Assembly: GCA_964270895.1 (NCBI GenBank)
Contig: OZ185441.1
Origin: Podarcis filfolensis
Lineage: Eukaryota
Reading direction: 5' to 3' (one strand)
DNA length: 64,000 nucleotides
A program made the position numbers and the translations under genes. Below the pieces are notes generated by a model. The model was not told the DNA's origin. It did no database searches and was given only the letters and a program-made list of their open reading frames with translations. Numbering within the stretch: the stretch's first letter is position 1; each line of letters begins with the position of its first letter. This document shows positions 1-12,730 of the stretch, piece after piece.

Positions 1-556
1 TTAAATGCAGATATTGTTCGAAAGAGAAAATGGCATTTCATGGGGGTGGGGGGAGCAGGGAAAATCAGCCAGACGGAGAACATCACTTCAAACACACTTT
101 TAAGGCAATCTCAGCACAATCATGAAAAAAACCTACCTAAACAATATTAACAATCTATATTAACTATATTTTTCTCCATTCAACAGGTACCGGTATCATC
201 ACTCATGGGAACACACACACATACACTCATCACAAGCCTGGCAACTCTAAAACTATACTTAATGATATGATAAAGTTGATAGTCTTTCCTTGGACTTTGT
301 TATTTTAACTCATGTGCAATTTTATAGTTTTGTTTTTCATCTTTTAATTTTTGTCTGCTGCTATAATTGTTCTGTTTTTTATACATTATAAAATGAAATA
401 ATAATTTTTTAAAAAATTAACTGCAATACAGAAAATAATGTACTTGCAAAACCGAGACATACACCTAAGACAGACAACTGATTACCCAACTAACTATAGC
501 AAGAGACAAGAGTTTTTCAGGAACAAATAATGAAACTTCTCACATGGTCAGTAGTC

Positions 557-652
557 ATGCCTTTTGACATGTCCGAAGAATTTCCATTGGCCATGCATTT
601 TTAAATATATTTAATACTCAGAGTAGGATACTTCAGACATGTCAAAGGGCAT
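557..652. repeat. Short inverted repeat (22-bp arms, 52-nt spacer), probable MITE remnant in TRAPPC8 intron 2
   Basis: ATGCCTTTTGACATGTCCGAAG (557-578) pairs with CTTCAGACATGTCAAAGGGCAT (631-652), 2 mismatches. Confidence 0.6.
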
Positions 653-1262
653 ATAAAATGTTTTGGGGTTTTTTTTAAGTGTTTAAAATACTGGGTGTAT
701 TTTAAAATATACTATTCAAAAAGTCTGTTCACACCAGCTTTTCCCCCCTGAGAAATATCTCAGGAACACGAATTGTAGTTCACACCATATCATCTAAGTG
801 GAGAGTGACATATTAGTGCTCCAGTTCTGGGTTTTACTGGAGTCCTACTTTCCATAAAAGATCCTTTCTCTCCCTCTGTTGGGGTCTCTCCGTGATCTGT
901 TCTTTGCCCCCTGCTATTCATTCTCAAGCTCAAGGCCAAATTCCATCACGACAGGCCTTCCAGAAGCTGCATGCCAGTGGTGGGTCCAAAGCCAAAGAAC
1001 AACAAACTGTTACAATAGGCTATATTCCAGCCAAACAAAATCAGAGGTTTCACACACACACAAACACACATGCATCTCTCCATTTGGCAAGCAAGAGACA
1101 TGATCACAGTTGTAGAACACATTCCAGCCGGGCAAAAACACTCAAAGAAAATGAGCAGCAGGGCTAGGGTGGGGGCATCCAGCATAGGCAAAGTCCTGAC
1201 GGCCAGAAAGGAGCCTGAAGAGATACATTGGGCCAAAGTTCCCAATGCTGGCCCTATAGTCC

Positions 1263-2085
1263 TTTGGTAATCTCATCAATTTCTATGGCTATCAGTCCTA
1301 TTTATATGCAGACGACACCCAACTCTCTCCCACCCGCAAGCTGTCCCTCGCCACTCCAATCCCATATCTCCAACTGCCTCTTTGATATTTCTCATTGAAT
1401 GCTTTGTTATAGCCTCAAACTTTTTATGTTTAAAGACCAAACCTCCTATTTTCCCCAAAGCCCTACTTCTTCTAGCCCTTCCTTTCTCACTGGCATTATT
1501 ACCATCCAGTCACATTTTGATGCCTAGATCATCTATGTTCCTCATATTCAAACCATAGCTTTTCCCCTTGCAAGACTGAAAAACTATAATCCTTTCCTTC
1601 TGCAAAAACGAAGTAGACTAGTCCTGACCTAGTTTGCTGCAATCTTCTCCTCTCTAGACTTTAATTGTCTCTCAGTCTCATCACATCTATCTAGTACTCT
1701 GCTGCCTATGTCATTTGCTCTGATCATGACAAAAGATGGTATATAAATTTAATAAATAAACAGATAAGTAGATAAAACACTTCTTAAATCCTATGTCGGT
1801 TACCTCTCCACTCCTAGATCCAGTACAAGTTCCTTGTCCTTTTTTTATAGCCTTGTCCACCCTCACACCCCATTACATCTTCTTTTTTATATCCCAACAG
1901 CCCTACCCATGATCTTTCCTTCTAAAGCTCCACCATTTTCTACCACCTGAAGGTCTCCTGCAGCCTCAGAACATGTTGCCCTTTCTCTCTCATGCTGCTC
2001 CATGTGCTTCAACAGCCTCCAAGAACATCTGTATGATGTTATATCTCCTTTCCTTCAAATTACACTTTTTCCATGAAGACTTTGG
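1263..2085 (+). mobile_element. Decayed L2-clade LINE fragment (RT C-terminus and 3' region)
   Basis: Frame from 1263 reads FGNLINFYGYQSYLYADDTQL (YADDTQL at 1305-1325), followed by ISNCLFDISH*M..LKL..KTKPPIFP, an L2-type RT tail. Stops and frameshifts present; 3' boundary approximate. Confidence 0.75.
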
Positions 2086-4272
2086 CATAAAGTGTTGGTA
2101 GATAAAGTGATAAAACACTTGCTTACACTTTCACATTTTCGATTGTAGCTAACCTGATGCACTAGCACAAGCCAGTGCAAGGACTTCCACTAACACAATG
2201 GGGTTTCCCACCCTCAAGAAAACCTGCTCTGAAGGGTCGTGAAAACCCCCAGAATAGCACATGAGAGGAGGAAATATAGTTCCATATGCAAGTAGAAATG
2301 TTTGCGCTGACAGAACAATTGTATTACAGTGGCACTGAATTCCATTCAAAGTTTCTTGGGTAGACTTGTCCTCATATACTCTGAAAGGCCATGCACACTG
2401 GTTACACAATATAAATAAACAAAGAAATAACAACAATTTTCTCTATGTTTCATTTGCTGCTTATACATACAGTATGATTACATAAAGACATGGGGTAGTC
2501 TAGAAAAGTGATGCATGTACAGGAGATTTTCAAGCAGAAAGGTTCAGGTAATAAAATTATTTCCACGGAGCTTAATTTCTAGCTAGGTGTTTCTAGAAAT
2601 ACAGCCTTAAAGATAGCCTTTGCATGATTTTTGTCTTCAACTATCAAAATACTGACCATGCAAAAAACAAAAACTCAATAATTTTACTTAATCAGCAGTC
2701 AAGTGAATACACAGAACTAAACTTGAGTCATCTAAAGCAACTTACACACATTAACTGGATTTCAACATAGTACAAATAAAGAATGAGGATGTGTTGTATA
2801 CGAACAGCCACAGACAGAGAGCTACAGCAATACAAGTGTAATAAAAATGATAGGATGTATTTTAATTTGTACAGATTTCACTCCACACAAAAAGGAACAA
2901 CTATGATCTGCTTTCACTTACCGTACATGTTACAAATAGTATGAATAGGAAGGTTGCATTTCTAGAAATATGTTTATATTTTAGTTTTTTGGAACTTCAC
3001 TTAACTCGCCACCCTTAATCCAGACACTATATAATAATGTTTTTTAGAAAACAATTTTTACTCCCATTAAGCAAAAAGCAGGGAACTTTTAGCTAATGGG
3101 AGTAAGAGCTAATGGGCAACATCCAATGGTACCAATCCACCAGCCAAACAAACTTCCACTCAAACAACAGGGCTTTCCCTTCCTCTCCTTCCCCACACCC
3201 GTTCCATAATCCCCTCCAAAAAATGTGCTCCAGTCTATTTGGGGGGAAAGGGAAGCACGGAGCTGTAAGTTGAAGGCGAAATCCCATTACAAGAGTAGAC
3301 ATCCACTTGCACAACTTTTCTACAGAAAAGTAGTACAGGTTTCAACACTTTTTCCATAAGTAATTATATCTAAGGGCAGAATTGTATGTTACCCTAGAGT
3401 TCTCAGCCCTTTCTTAACATACAGTAAAAAATTGTGGCCTGACATAAATGCATTCTGCACTTCCTGGACACTGTCAGTGATGTGGACTGAGGAATCTCAT
3501 TACATAATATCACATAGGTATGCAGAAAGCTGATGCTGTCTTTTGAAGGGAGGGGCAGAAATCAGGCAAGTTGATCCTTTTATATCTATGGGGTGGAAGC
3601 CCCTCACAGAACCAGAACCCTTCCTCACTAGTGACAGGCACTTCACTTGGAGAAATGATGGGGACTGGGGTCTGCAGCTGCTTATTTGTCCATCTGCATT
3701 CTATGAGCCAGATGAATATTGATGAGAGGGCAGTAATGGTGAGAAGCAATAATGGGACAATGCTAACTTTGATGACAGCACTAAGTATATGGCTAAATGT
3801 TACAGGGTGGGAAGGATAAAGCTCAACATTTTGGGCAACAACCATTTATCTTACAACATGTACCTCTGCCCTTCAAAGTAATTTGGCTGGGATTAACAAT
3901 TCCAAAATTGAAAATAAGCAGCAATGGAGAGTGGGAATCAAAGTAGGAGCATTTCTAACACTGTCTGCTGCTTTTAAAAAACCCCAACTCCAACAGTATA
4001 TATGGAATTTTATCAACATGGCAATAGGCAACAAAACTGAAGAATTCCCAAATTTCCTGCATATGCAGTATTGTATTTTTATCCTGAACAATTCCCAAAC
4101 TGCCTATGTGTGCAGAACAGTACCTGTTATATTATATTGTATTTTTCTGTAGTAACTAATCACTGTGCAATATCAAGTTTTCAAAGCTGTAAGCTGTATG
4201 TCTCTCACTGGGAAAATATAAAACAAAACAAAATATAAAATCATTAACACATTTCAATGTCTTGTTACATAC

Positions 4273-4467
4273 CACTAATGTTGAGATCATAATCTCCCGC
4301 AGTAATCACATTAGCTACTAATCCTTCAGCAGGCTGACTAACAGTCACAACATCATTCAGAAGCTTCCGAATGGCTCCTTGTTGAGGTGGCTGTGTAATA
4401 ATGTTGTTGACAGCAATTTTCAAGTTTTTGATTATGTGAAGTTGGTTGTTGGGATCTCTCATGTGCA
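4273..4467 (-). CDS. TRAPPC8: TRAPPC8 coding exon 2 (195 nt)
   Basis: Encodes (V)HMRDPNNQLHIIKNLKIAVNNIITQPPQQGAIRKLLNDVVTVSQPAEGLVANVITAGDYDLNIS, near-identical to recalled human TRAPPC8. Acceptor ttactttAG at 4469-4468, donor GTATGT at 4272-4271; phase 1-1. Confidence 0.97.
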
Positions 4468-5417
4468 CTAAAGTAAGAAAATAGCTGTGTTAGACTAGTC
4501 TGCTTTGAAGCAATGCTCAATACACAACATTTCTGAAAAAAAAAATCAAAACATATAGTGTCTTCAAAAATTTTGAAAAGGCAAACAAGATCTCCTCTCA
4601 CAAAATATTCAAAATGAGAACATTCCTTTAGACTGCAATCTCTCTAAGAAGTAACTCCCACTGGAGTTAGTAGGGTGCACTTTTGATTAAACATGCATGG
4701 GATTCTACTATTTTACATTATTGAAAGTGCCAGAAGCATTCAACATGGAACCAAGGACAGGGTATTCAGATCAGTTGTTGCTGTCAGCACAGCATTCCCT
4801 CTGAAGTGTTCAAGTCATTTTTAAAAGTGATTTATGTTTTCAATAGTAGAAATTTCTGTCAGTGATGTCAAGCACTGGAAAATTTTCTCGTGCTTCTTTT
4901 TTTTTGGAAAATTTTCTGTTTGAAAAGCTCATTAGTAACAATGAGTTGATGCCAATTGCAAATACTATTTTAGGCATTCCCATTACAATAAACCTATGTT
5001 TTATAGGGATAACCAAACAGGCAAAATATCTGTATTAAACATCCTTCTCCTATTAACAAAATCCTATATCCCTAGCTCTATCTACAACATGCCCTTCTGT
5101 TTTCATAAATTTAATGCAGGAAACTATTATATTATTTTGCAGTACATATTGTATATGTTATAATAATGGCTTGGATCCATATGAAGGTTGCAATGGCAGC
5201 AACATCTCATGATCAGAGTTCCACTAATAGGATGCTCTGTCAGTGGAAGAGGAAAATCATTTTTGCTGTTCTTCACTCCCACCTGAATCCCCTTGAAAAT
5301 CTTCTCCAAAGAGTTGGAGGAGCCTTCAGAGAAGTAACGCAGGGACTGCAGGAGAAATGGGGTTCGGGGGGGGGGGAGGCCACTAACCTCTGCACTCCAC
5401 TGGAAGCCTCCAATGAG

Positions 5418-5592
5418 TAAGAACATAAGAGCCTGCTGAATCAGGCGAATGCCCACCTACTCCAGCATCCTGTTCTCACAGTGGCCAACCAGGTGTCTAT
5501 GGGAAACCTGAAACCAGGAACTGAGTACAACAGCACTCTCCCCACTTGTGATTCCCAGCAACAGGCACGTACTGCCTCCAACAGTGGAAGTA
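5418..5592 (-). mobile_element. CR1-type LINE 3' end fragment
   Basis: Reverse strand ends ...GGATGCTGGAGTAGGTGGGCATTCGCCTGATTCAGCAGGCTCTTATGTTCTT, resembling squamate CR1 3' termini; a second copy lies at 8870-8975 on +. Confidence 0.55.
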
Positions 5593-5712
5593 ACCCAGCT
5601 CCCTCAACAAGCAAAAGGAACCCTTTGGTTGCGGTTTGATGTGTGTGTGAGATCTACGCCATTATATTTCTCATTTTACAATCACTATATCTAAGCAAAA
5701 AAAAAAAAAAAA

Positions 5713-5890
5713 TTTCCTTCCAGTAGCACCTTAAAGACCAACTAAGTTAGTTCTTGGTATGAGCTTGGTATGAGCTTGGTTAGTTCTTGGTATGAGCTTT
5801 CATGTGCATGCACACTTCTTCAGATACAGATTGTTTTGACTATGGCAGATACAGATTGTTTTGACTATGGCAGACCAACACGGCTACCTA
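5713..5890. mobile_element. Penelope-like terminal-repeat fragment with local tandem duplications
   Basis: CCAGTAGCACCTTAAAGACCAACTAAG...GCTTTCATGTGCATGCACACTTCTTCAGATAC resembles recalled reptile Penelope-like fragments. CTTGGTATGAG occurs 3x and a 25-bp unit is duplicated (5821-5845, 5846-5870). Confidence 0.5.
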
Positions 5891-7689
5891 TCTATATCTA
5901 AGCAGTTTTTACCTGTCCTGAACACTTTTGGGTGAGTTATAAATCATAAGAAAAACTGGTATTCACATTCTTAGTTTGTAACTAAACTTGTCACTTTGAC
6001 ATCCTTCCATTTCTAGTCTCCTATCTGACACTTTTCCAAATTCACAGTAATTGCCCTCAACCTTGTATACTTTTCCTGTTCATTATGTTTCCAAACAAAC
6101 ACATCTGTGAATTGCAGAAATTCTTGGTGGATCTCCAGCTGAAAAACCTCCTGCCTCTAATTCACATTTCCTAATTCTGGACACATTAAAACAAGGGGCA
6201 AATAAAAGGAGCAACTTAAAATACAGTTTGGTAGGCAGTATGCCAACACCCCTGCTTAACATACTCCTTACCTACCAGTTGTAATTACTTATTGTTTTCA
6301 TCCATGAAGGTTCAGCACAGGTAAGAAACATAATTAAAGACTGCATCGATATAGTGATTATAAAATGAGAAATATAATGGTGTGGATATCATCCCCACCT
6401 GCAACTAAAGGACTCCTTCTGTTTGCGGAGGGAGCTGGGATATCTCCACTGTACTCATTCACAAAAGCTGGTATAAAATACAGTACTCCGAAATGCTGGC
6501 AGGAAGTGGCCATCACTTATCCTAGCAGAGTGGTTGAAGAATTTATTATTTCTTTGGGGCAGCAAAGTTGTCCACATATGTGTATATTTCAAACGAGCCT
6601 AGCATGTGCACAATTAGAATTCCAACAACTTAATCCTAAATGTATGGGCATTTATTTGTTACATTCACATCCTATATTTCCTGCATGATAACAGCATACA
6701 CTGAGCTCACTGATGGTCCCCCATCTAAGCACTGACCAGATCCAAGCCTGCGTAACTTCAACAAAGTTGCTGCTTCATGTGCCTTTAAGCAATGTCCTGC
6801 TTACTTGGAGTATTACACTAGCAAAAAAGAAGAACAATACAAAAGCAGTTCTTCTGAAAATTGTTATTTTTCATCAAGATCCATTTCATTACTATCTATA
6901 GATGTCATTTTACAGCAGCAGAAAATGTGTATATTTAATAAAAACACTGCTTAACCAGCTAAAATTGTATTTAATGCTTTTAATGTTCAGATAGCATAAT
7001 AAATACAAAGCAATAATGTATAAAACAAATTAATAATTACTTGATGTTTCTAACTGATTTTCATTTAGCAAAGGTGAGCATTTTGTTAAATGTGCTTTCC
7101 TAGGTTGTAACAGCCAAGTTAAAGTAATTTATTCCTTTTTCAAACATCACCTATGTGTAATAGACTTGTTTGTTTGAGAAACATATGAAATATTCCTATT
7201 GGTACAAAATTATATAATCATTTTGGCAAATCAACCTAAGTCTCATAGGAAGCAGTCTCCAGTACATATAACTGAGGCTACAACTGACACATCCATTGTT
7301 AATAACCACTCGCATGGCTCACATCAACAGGGTTTAATTTGAGCCAGCACTTGTAGGGCATTCTGTGTCATCTTTTACCTCTGAAGCGTGGAAAAACTGT
7401 AAAGGACACCACTTTCACAAAATACAACCAAAACATTGACGATCAGCAGAGCGTAATTCTGCCCACGAGGGTCCCAGTGACTTTAACGCTGATGTCCCTG
7501 TCGCTGCAAAGGCCCCTGGACATCACACTTCAGAGACATTTGCCCCGCTGGAGTGAAAGCATAAGCCGGCTCCAATGCTCCCCCCTTCAGAGTAAACAAG
7601 ATGCCATCACCCACGTGAACAAGTACCCTCCTGGCTTTCGCAGAAGGGAGAATTTGGCAAACGATCTGTATGGGAGGCAGCTGCCTGAA

Positions 7690-8600
7690 GTCGGAACTTC
7701 AGCAAAGGGGGAAGCCAACACAGTGAAAGGGGCTCCTGCCTCGGAGGGCTCTGGAGATGTACATACTGCCCCCGCCCAGCTGTCTCGCAGCACCCACACC
7801 CGGAAGGGACGGGGCGGCAGCGGTGGCAGGGGTGCTCCGGCGGCGGCTCTCCCTTCCCCTCCCACCATGTAAACAACCCAGTTCCGCTCCCGCCAGGTGA
7901 CACCGACCTTCCGAAGTGAGGCGACAGAAAGGCTTTATGAGCTCGCAAAAGCCCAGGTTGTTCTTGCGGGTGACCTTCTCCGCCTCCTCGCTGCACAGCG
8001 CGGCCACCAACGGCACGAACGAGTCCTGGAGGAACTCCTGCGCCGACTGCACTCGCTGGGCCATCGCTCCGGCCGACTGACAGGGCGGCCCGCCGCGCTG
8101 AGCCCAAGCGAAGGGCCGGCCCCCTCCGGCCGGCTTAGCCCGCTCCTTTCCTCCTGGAGACGCTTCCCCGCTCGAGCGCTGAAGCCGAATCCCCGCCGCA
8201 GACGAGCGCAGAGTTGGGCTGCCCGCGCTGACACCCGCCGCCCCGCCAAGCCCCTCAGTGACCGCCCAGACCCGCCATATTGAATCCGGAGAGCCCAGAC
8301 AACCGGGTCAGCCTGCTCCCGGCAGCCTTTGCGGCTAGTCACGTGACAGCGGAGGGAGCGGGAAGAGGCGAGGCTGCTGGAGTCGGAATCAAGGAGGAGA
8401 CCGGGGGTGGCGGGGCAGGGAGACAAGTACGCATGCGCAGTGTGCATTTCGCTGAGCTTTTGGGAAAGGCAGGAGGGTTGTGCAGCATCAATGAGCGGAA
8501 AAACAATCCGGGGAAAGGATCTGGGTCTGCCGGTGCTACTTTAGATCTGCGCATGCAGGCTGATTTTTCTACCAGGGCTGCTCCTGCAAGGATAAGACAC
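7690..8600 (-). promoter_or_regulatory. CpG-island promoter of TRAPPC8 with CLEAR/E-box, NRF1-like and GC-box motifs
   Basis: Dense CpG around exon 1. GTCACGTGAC at 8338-8347; TACGCATGCGCA at 8428-8439; TGCGCATGC at 8548-8556; GGGGGTGGCGGGGC at 8403-8416. Confidence 0.8.
7908..8064 (-). CDS. TRAPPC8: TRAPPC8 coding exon 1 (157 nt), TRAPPIII-specific subunit
   Basis: ATG at 8064; MAQRVQSAQEFLQDSFVPLVAALCSEEAEKVTRKNNLGFCELIKPFCRLTSE matches the recalled human N-terminus MAQCVQSVQELIPDSFVP...RLTSE. Donor GT at 7907-7906 joins in frame to exon 2. Confidence 0.97.
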
Positions 8601-8869
8601 AGCCCAGGCGGTTTCCTGCCGCTTGTGCTCATGCCTATATGAGTTCAGTTTCCATTTACAGGGATTCCGGGAGATGTTTCTGCTTTTGTGGCCAGTTGGC
8701 TCTCTGCAGAGTGTAACCAATCATAAAACATTACTCTGAGCAGGTCCCTCCCAAAAATGTCTCAGGCGGAGAACCTGAGCACGTTTTTAAAAACTGTCAT
8801 TTTGCCTGGGCACCAGATCCATGCAATTCCCGGATTTCCACTCCCTGGGAATCACGAGGGTGGAGACTC

Positions 8870-8975
8870 CTGTTGCGTTCAGGTCCTGCTTCTGGATTTC
8901 CCATAGGCAACTGGTTGGACGGGATGCTGGACTAGATGGACCAGTCGCCTAATCCATCAGGCTTTTATGATCCTA
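8870..8975 (+). mobile_element. CR1-type LINE 3' end fragment
   Basis: GGGATGCTGGACTAGATGGACCAGTCGCCTAATCCATCAGGCTTTTATGATCCT aligns by eye with the reverse complement of 5419-5520. Confidence 0.5.
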
Positions 8976-11187
8976 ATCTAGCTCTCTTGATTGGCAGGAG
9001 GGATGCCAACTTGAATAAAACACTGAGGGGGGCAGGTAAGCCCTGCTCTGCATAATCGATCACAAGAGTTTGTACATGCACAACATTTGAGTGGCAGTGC
9101 CCATCAACTTTTTTGGGGGGGGGAGGGATCTCAGGCCCAAGCAGTTGACTCCTATGATTGGTAGTACTCGACATTCAGGACAAGGGAATTAGCATATCAG
9201 ATCACCCACCCTGAATGAAGGTAATAGGGCTGAGCTATGGCCATCCTATCAGCAAGTCAGAATCACGTGTTCTGTTCTGTTCTGCTCTGGTTCTGAGCCT
9301 GTGCAGTGTTGTCCTCTCTCTGAGTTTATCAACAGCAAGTTCTGAAAGTCAGCCAGGCCAGTATATCCTGAGCAGGCTTTGCTCTACTGTTGGATTGGAT
9401 TATGTTTGAGGGGAGGCACCTTGGTGCACTGTGTAAGTCTGGCTTATTTACTAACTAATCTATTTTTTCGTGAAGCAGGGAAATGGAGGAAGAGAATAAT
9501 GGAGGATCAACCTGCCCTTGCCAATGTTTCCTCGCATTCAGCGGAGGGGTGGACAGTTTCAGAAAGGATGTGTCTGCTCTGCTCCTTGAAAGGGCCTCCT
9601 GCCATTGTGAAGGATCAGGGGCTTCCAAATGTCCCCGCTCACCTGCCTGCTCCACACACCCCTTGAATACTTTTGGCTGGCTGGAATGCATCATTGAATT
9701 GTGATAACAGATCTTGAGTTTTGCATGGCTGGAATGTAGCCTACTATACAAAAGTACAATCATTTCCCATTAATCCATCTACCTTTGCCTCCTGCCCCAC
9801 CCACAACTGGCATGCAGGTCCTGCAGGAGGAAATGCAGTTTTAATGCTGAAAAAAATTTCCCCATCCCAGGTGTAGAATCAGGAAAGGGGTAATATAAAA
9901 AGACACACCCCATAGCTCCTCCAGGATACCTGTGATATTGATGTATATTCCACATGTGAAACCACATAGGTCTTCAGCTGGGGCCTAGGGAAGGGTGTTT
10001 CAAGTCCACAAAAATGTAAGCTCTTGCTTCAAAATATTGTATGCATAGTGTTCATAACATTAAAAGAATAGGTGCTAGAGGTGATTTTGGCCTTTTATTC
10101 TGAAATGGAAATGGGATGCGGTGAAGCCTTGCACACAGTTTATTTTCATATCTTAGTTCATTTAGATTTGACACTTTTCAAATATATTCTCTTTTAAAGC
10201 GAATTTAATTAAGGATGGGGACAAAGCCTTGAAGCAATGCAAATCCCTGATGACTGGGGCTTTAAACAATCAGATGTGACTCTTAGGGTGCAATTTTGTA
10301 ATCCAGGTTTATAAAGATTAGTATGGTCTGGATTTCCTTCCTTTGCAAATAGTATTTTTGTTACATGTGTTCTCAAAGTAATTTTACTTTAGCTACCCTG
10401 TCCATTGAAATATAGATACCAAAAGGACTGAAGTCACAGGACACTCTTTCTTTACAGTCAACAAGGTAAAAGTTAAAGATTACACCTGCATTCCAGGAAA
10501 TTTGGCAGGAACTTGCTCTGTGGCAACATATGTTGACTTCAGGTTCTAGGCTTAAAGAAGCAAATTGCTACAACATCCTTTGTACACTTTGCTTCCTGAG
10601 TAGAACCTTGTCCTATATTTTTCTGCAGGATTATATATTTGTTTTTAAGAAGGCAAAGAATCAGGTAAGGAAACTTACTAAAACTGAGTTTCAAATTAAA
10701 AACAAAACTAATTGCAGAAACACCAGCACCTTGTTTTTATTTGAGGGTGGGAGAATTTGCATGTTTGTTTTGCAACTGCAAGAAAATGGTCATAGGAAAT
10801 CCCCTGGTGTATTATTAGCCTTTTGTGTTGTCATGGGGAGCTGGGAACAAGACAGAGTGGCACCTCAGAATGTCCTGTGTCAGTCTTGTCACCAATTGTT
10901 ATTTGAATCTTTGTTGATACACAGATTACCATGTTACTCCTAAAAATTATCTGACTGAAAATACTAGTTGGAAGTTTTAGTACACATGGGAGAGGAAATA
11001 GGAAGTTTTAAAAAAACTGAAGTTCTGTTTGGAATAAGAATAATGGTGTGGAAAAGCCACCACAAATCAATTTATTTTGGTAGCTTATTTACAGCAACCC
11101 ACTTACAGGATCACTTCAAAAAAATCATTCCATAAGATCCAGTCATTCTATCAGAATAGTTTATAGATCTGAATTTCCACATACTCA

Positions 11188-11910
11188 TGTTATAAGATTT
11201 TAAGGTCTTACATATACTGTATATATAATAGATGTTCATAAATGTACCAAGCAAACACATACAAATATGTAAAGCACATGTTTGAAACCCACAGAAAAGT
11301 CCTCAAACCATTTTGTCTTTCCCAAAATGACCTCAAATATTTCTCTGCAAGGTTGAAGGAAATGGGAAAAAACCTCCCCATTGTCTCTGTGCTCACAAAT
11401 CCTACCTTAAGGGCACATTTAAGGTGTGAACAGGGTGAGCCTGTGACCTGGATTCGGGAATGAAGTAGTTATAATAACAAAAGAGTGGCCAAAACCCAGA
11501 TACTGTAATGCAATCAGATAACCTGCTGAGATAATACATTCAGGATTCTATTTTAGACTGCCACTTTGATGTATGTATGATGCATTGGGGGAGGTAGTCC
11601 TGGGCTCACCCCTTCTGTGATGGATGTATGGTGTTTCTAGGGGTGGTCTGGAGTTTGTGGGTGGACAATTTCAAAAGTCTATATGAGGGCAGGCACACCT
11701 TTGTTCTGGGTTCCTCCTCTTTGCTGCTTGTGGTGACTGAGGACCCTGCTGCAACAGTTTAATAAAGATCAGACTTAATAGCTGCTTTGCTTCTCAATAT
11801 TCTCTGGTTGGCCTCTGTTATTTCTCCTACCGATAGAGAACCTACAAAAAGACTCTATATGGGCTCTTGGGTACCCCATAAGGGAAAAGGAGCAGTTTTT
11901 TCTCATAACA
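11188..11910 (+). mobile_element. Solo LTR (723 bp), Gypsy- or ERV-type
   Basis: Starts TGTTATAAGA and ends TCTCATAACA (9/10 inverted match, TG...CA). 4-bp TSD CTCA at 11184-11187 and 11911-11914. AATAAA at 11761-11766 with a TATA-like CTATATGA upstream. Confidence 0.8.
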
Positions 11911-11920
11911 CTCATTATTT

Positions 11921-12032
11921 CAGGGGTGGGAACCTGTGGGCTTCCAGGTGCCACTGGCTTAGAATTTCCACAGTCCTTGTCTGAGAGTTGGAGTCCAACT
12001 ACATCTGAAGGGCCACAGATTCACCAGCACTG
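11921..12032. mobile_element. hAT-type MITE (112 bp)
   Basis: Termini CAGGGGTGGGAACCTGTGG / CCACAGATTCACCAGCACTG; perfect 8-bp TSD CATTATTT (11913-11920, 12033-12040). Confidence 0.85.
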
Positions 12033-12730
12033 CATTATTTGATTTCAATAAAATCCCACAAGAGATTCAGTAAAATAAATTCTGGCTTTAAATTCTGCTA
12101 TGTCGTTTATTTTGCTGTCATCTTTTTATTTATTATTTATGAGCATATTAGTCACAATATAAAGCCCATCTATATGGCAGGCCCTGAATATTTACCAAAC
12201 CTCTCCTCAGAAACTCCTGCACTCCCATCTGCATGCCCAACATCTTGGGTGCTCTGACCTTTTCTCACAATTTTTGCACTGCATCTACTACTACATGTTA
12301 GGCACTAAATAATGATGTGCAAAGGGAGGAAAGGTAAAAAAATAGGCAGAAGGAGTAATTTCCAAATGTGCACAACTCTGTCAGGAGGAGGAATTGTGGG
12401 CGGAGGACTAGATGTGTTTCAGATGGGACATATTTGTTCACTGCAACACCAAAAGCGGGATGGCTGAAATGCAGTTGCGACCCATATTTCTGCATGGCCA
12501 TCAGATGATAAACTGCAGGAGAGAGAGGCTCTAAAACACTTTAAGTGAATTCTGCCTTGTATATGAGTCAACTGTGTATCCCTGTGACATCAGAAGTCTT
12601 TACGCAGGCCCAGGATGCCATTTGCTCAACTGCACTTGCATAACTGATGGCCTTGCAAGCCTTTGTTCTCACAGTTGGATCCTTTGGAGCAACAGGAAAA
12701 GGTTTTGAGTCATGGAGCAAGACTTAAATA

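Noticed and set aside
1-4272. Search for TRAPPC8 exon 3 (ATTPWFESYRETF-like)
   Set aside because: Not found. The near-match TTCAAACCATAG at about 1547-1558 lies in an L2 relic, and the exon is presumably left of the window.
7477-8642. Cluster of long overlapping ORFs (97-170 aa) on both strands
   Set aside because: Shadow ORFs of a GC-rich CpG island (few stop codons). Only 7908-8064 on minus matches a known protein and has a valid splice donor.
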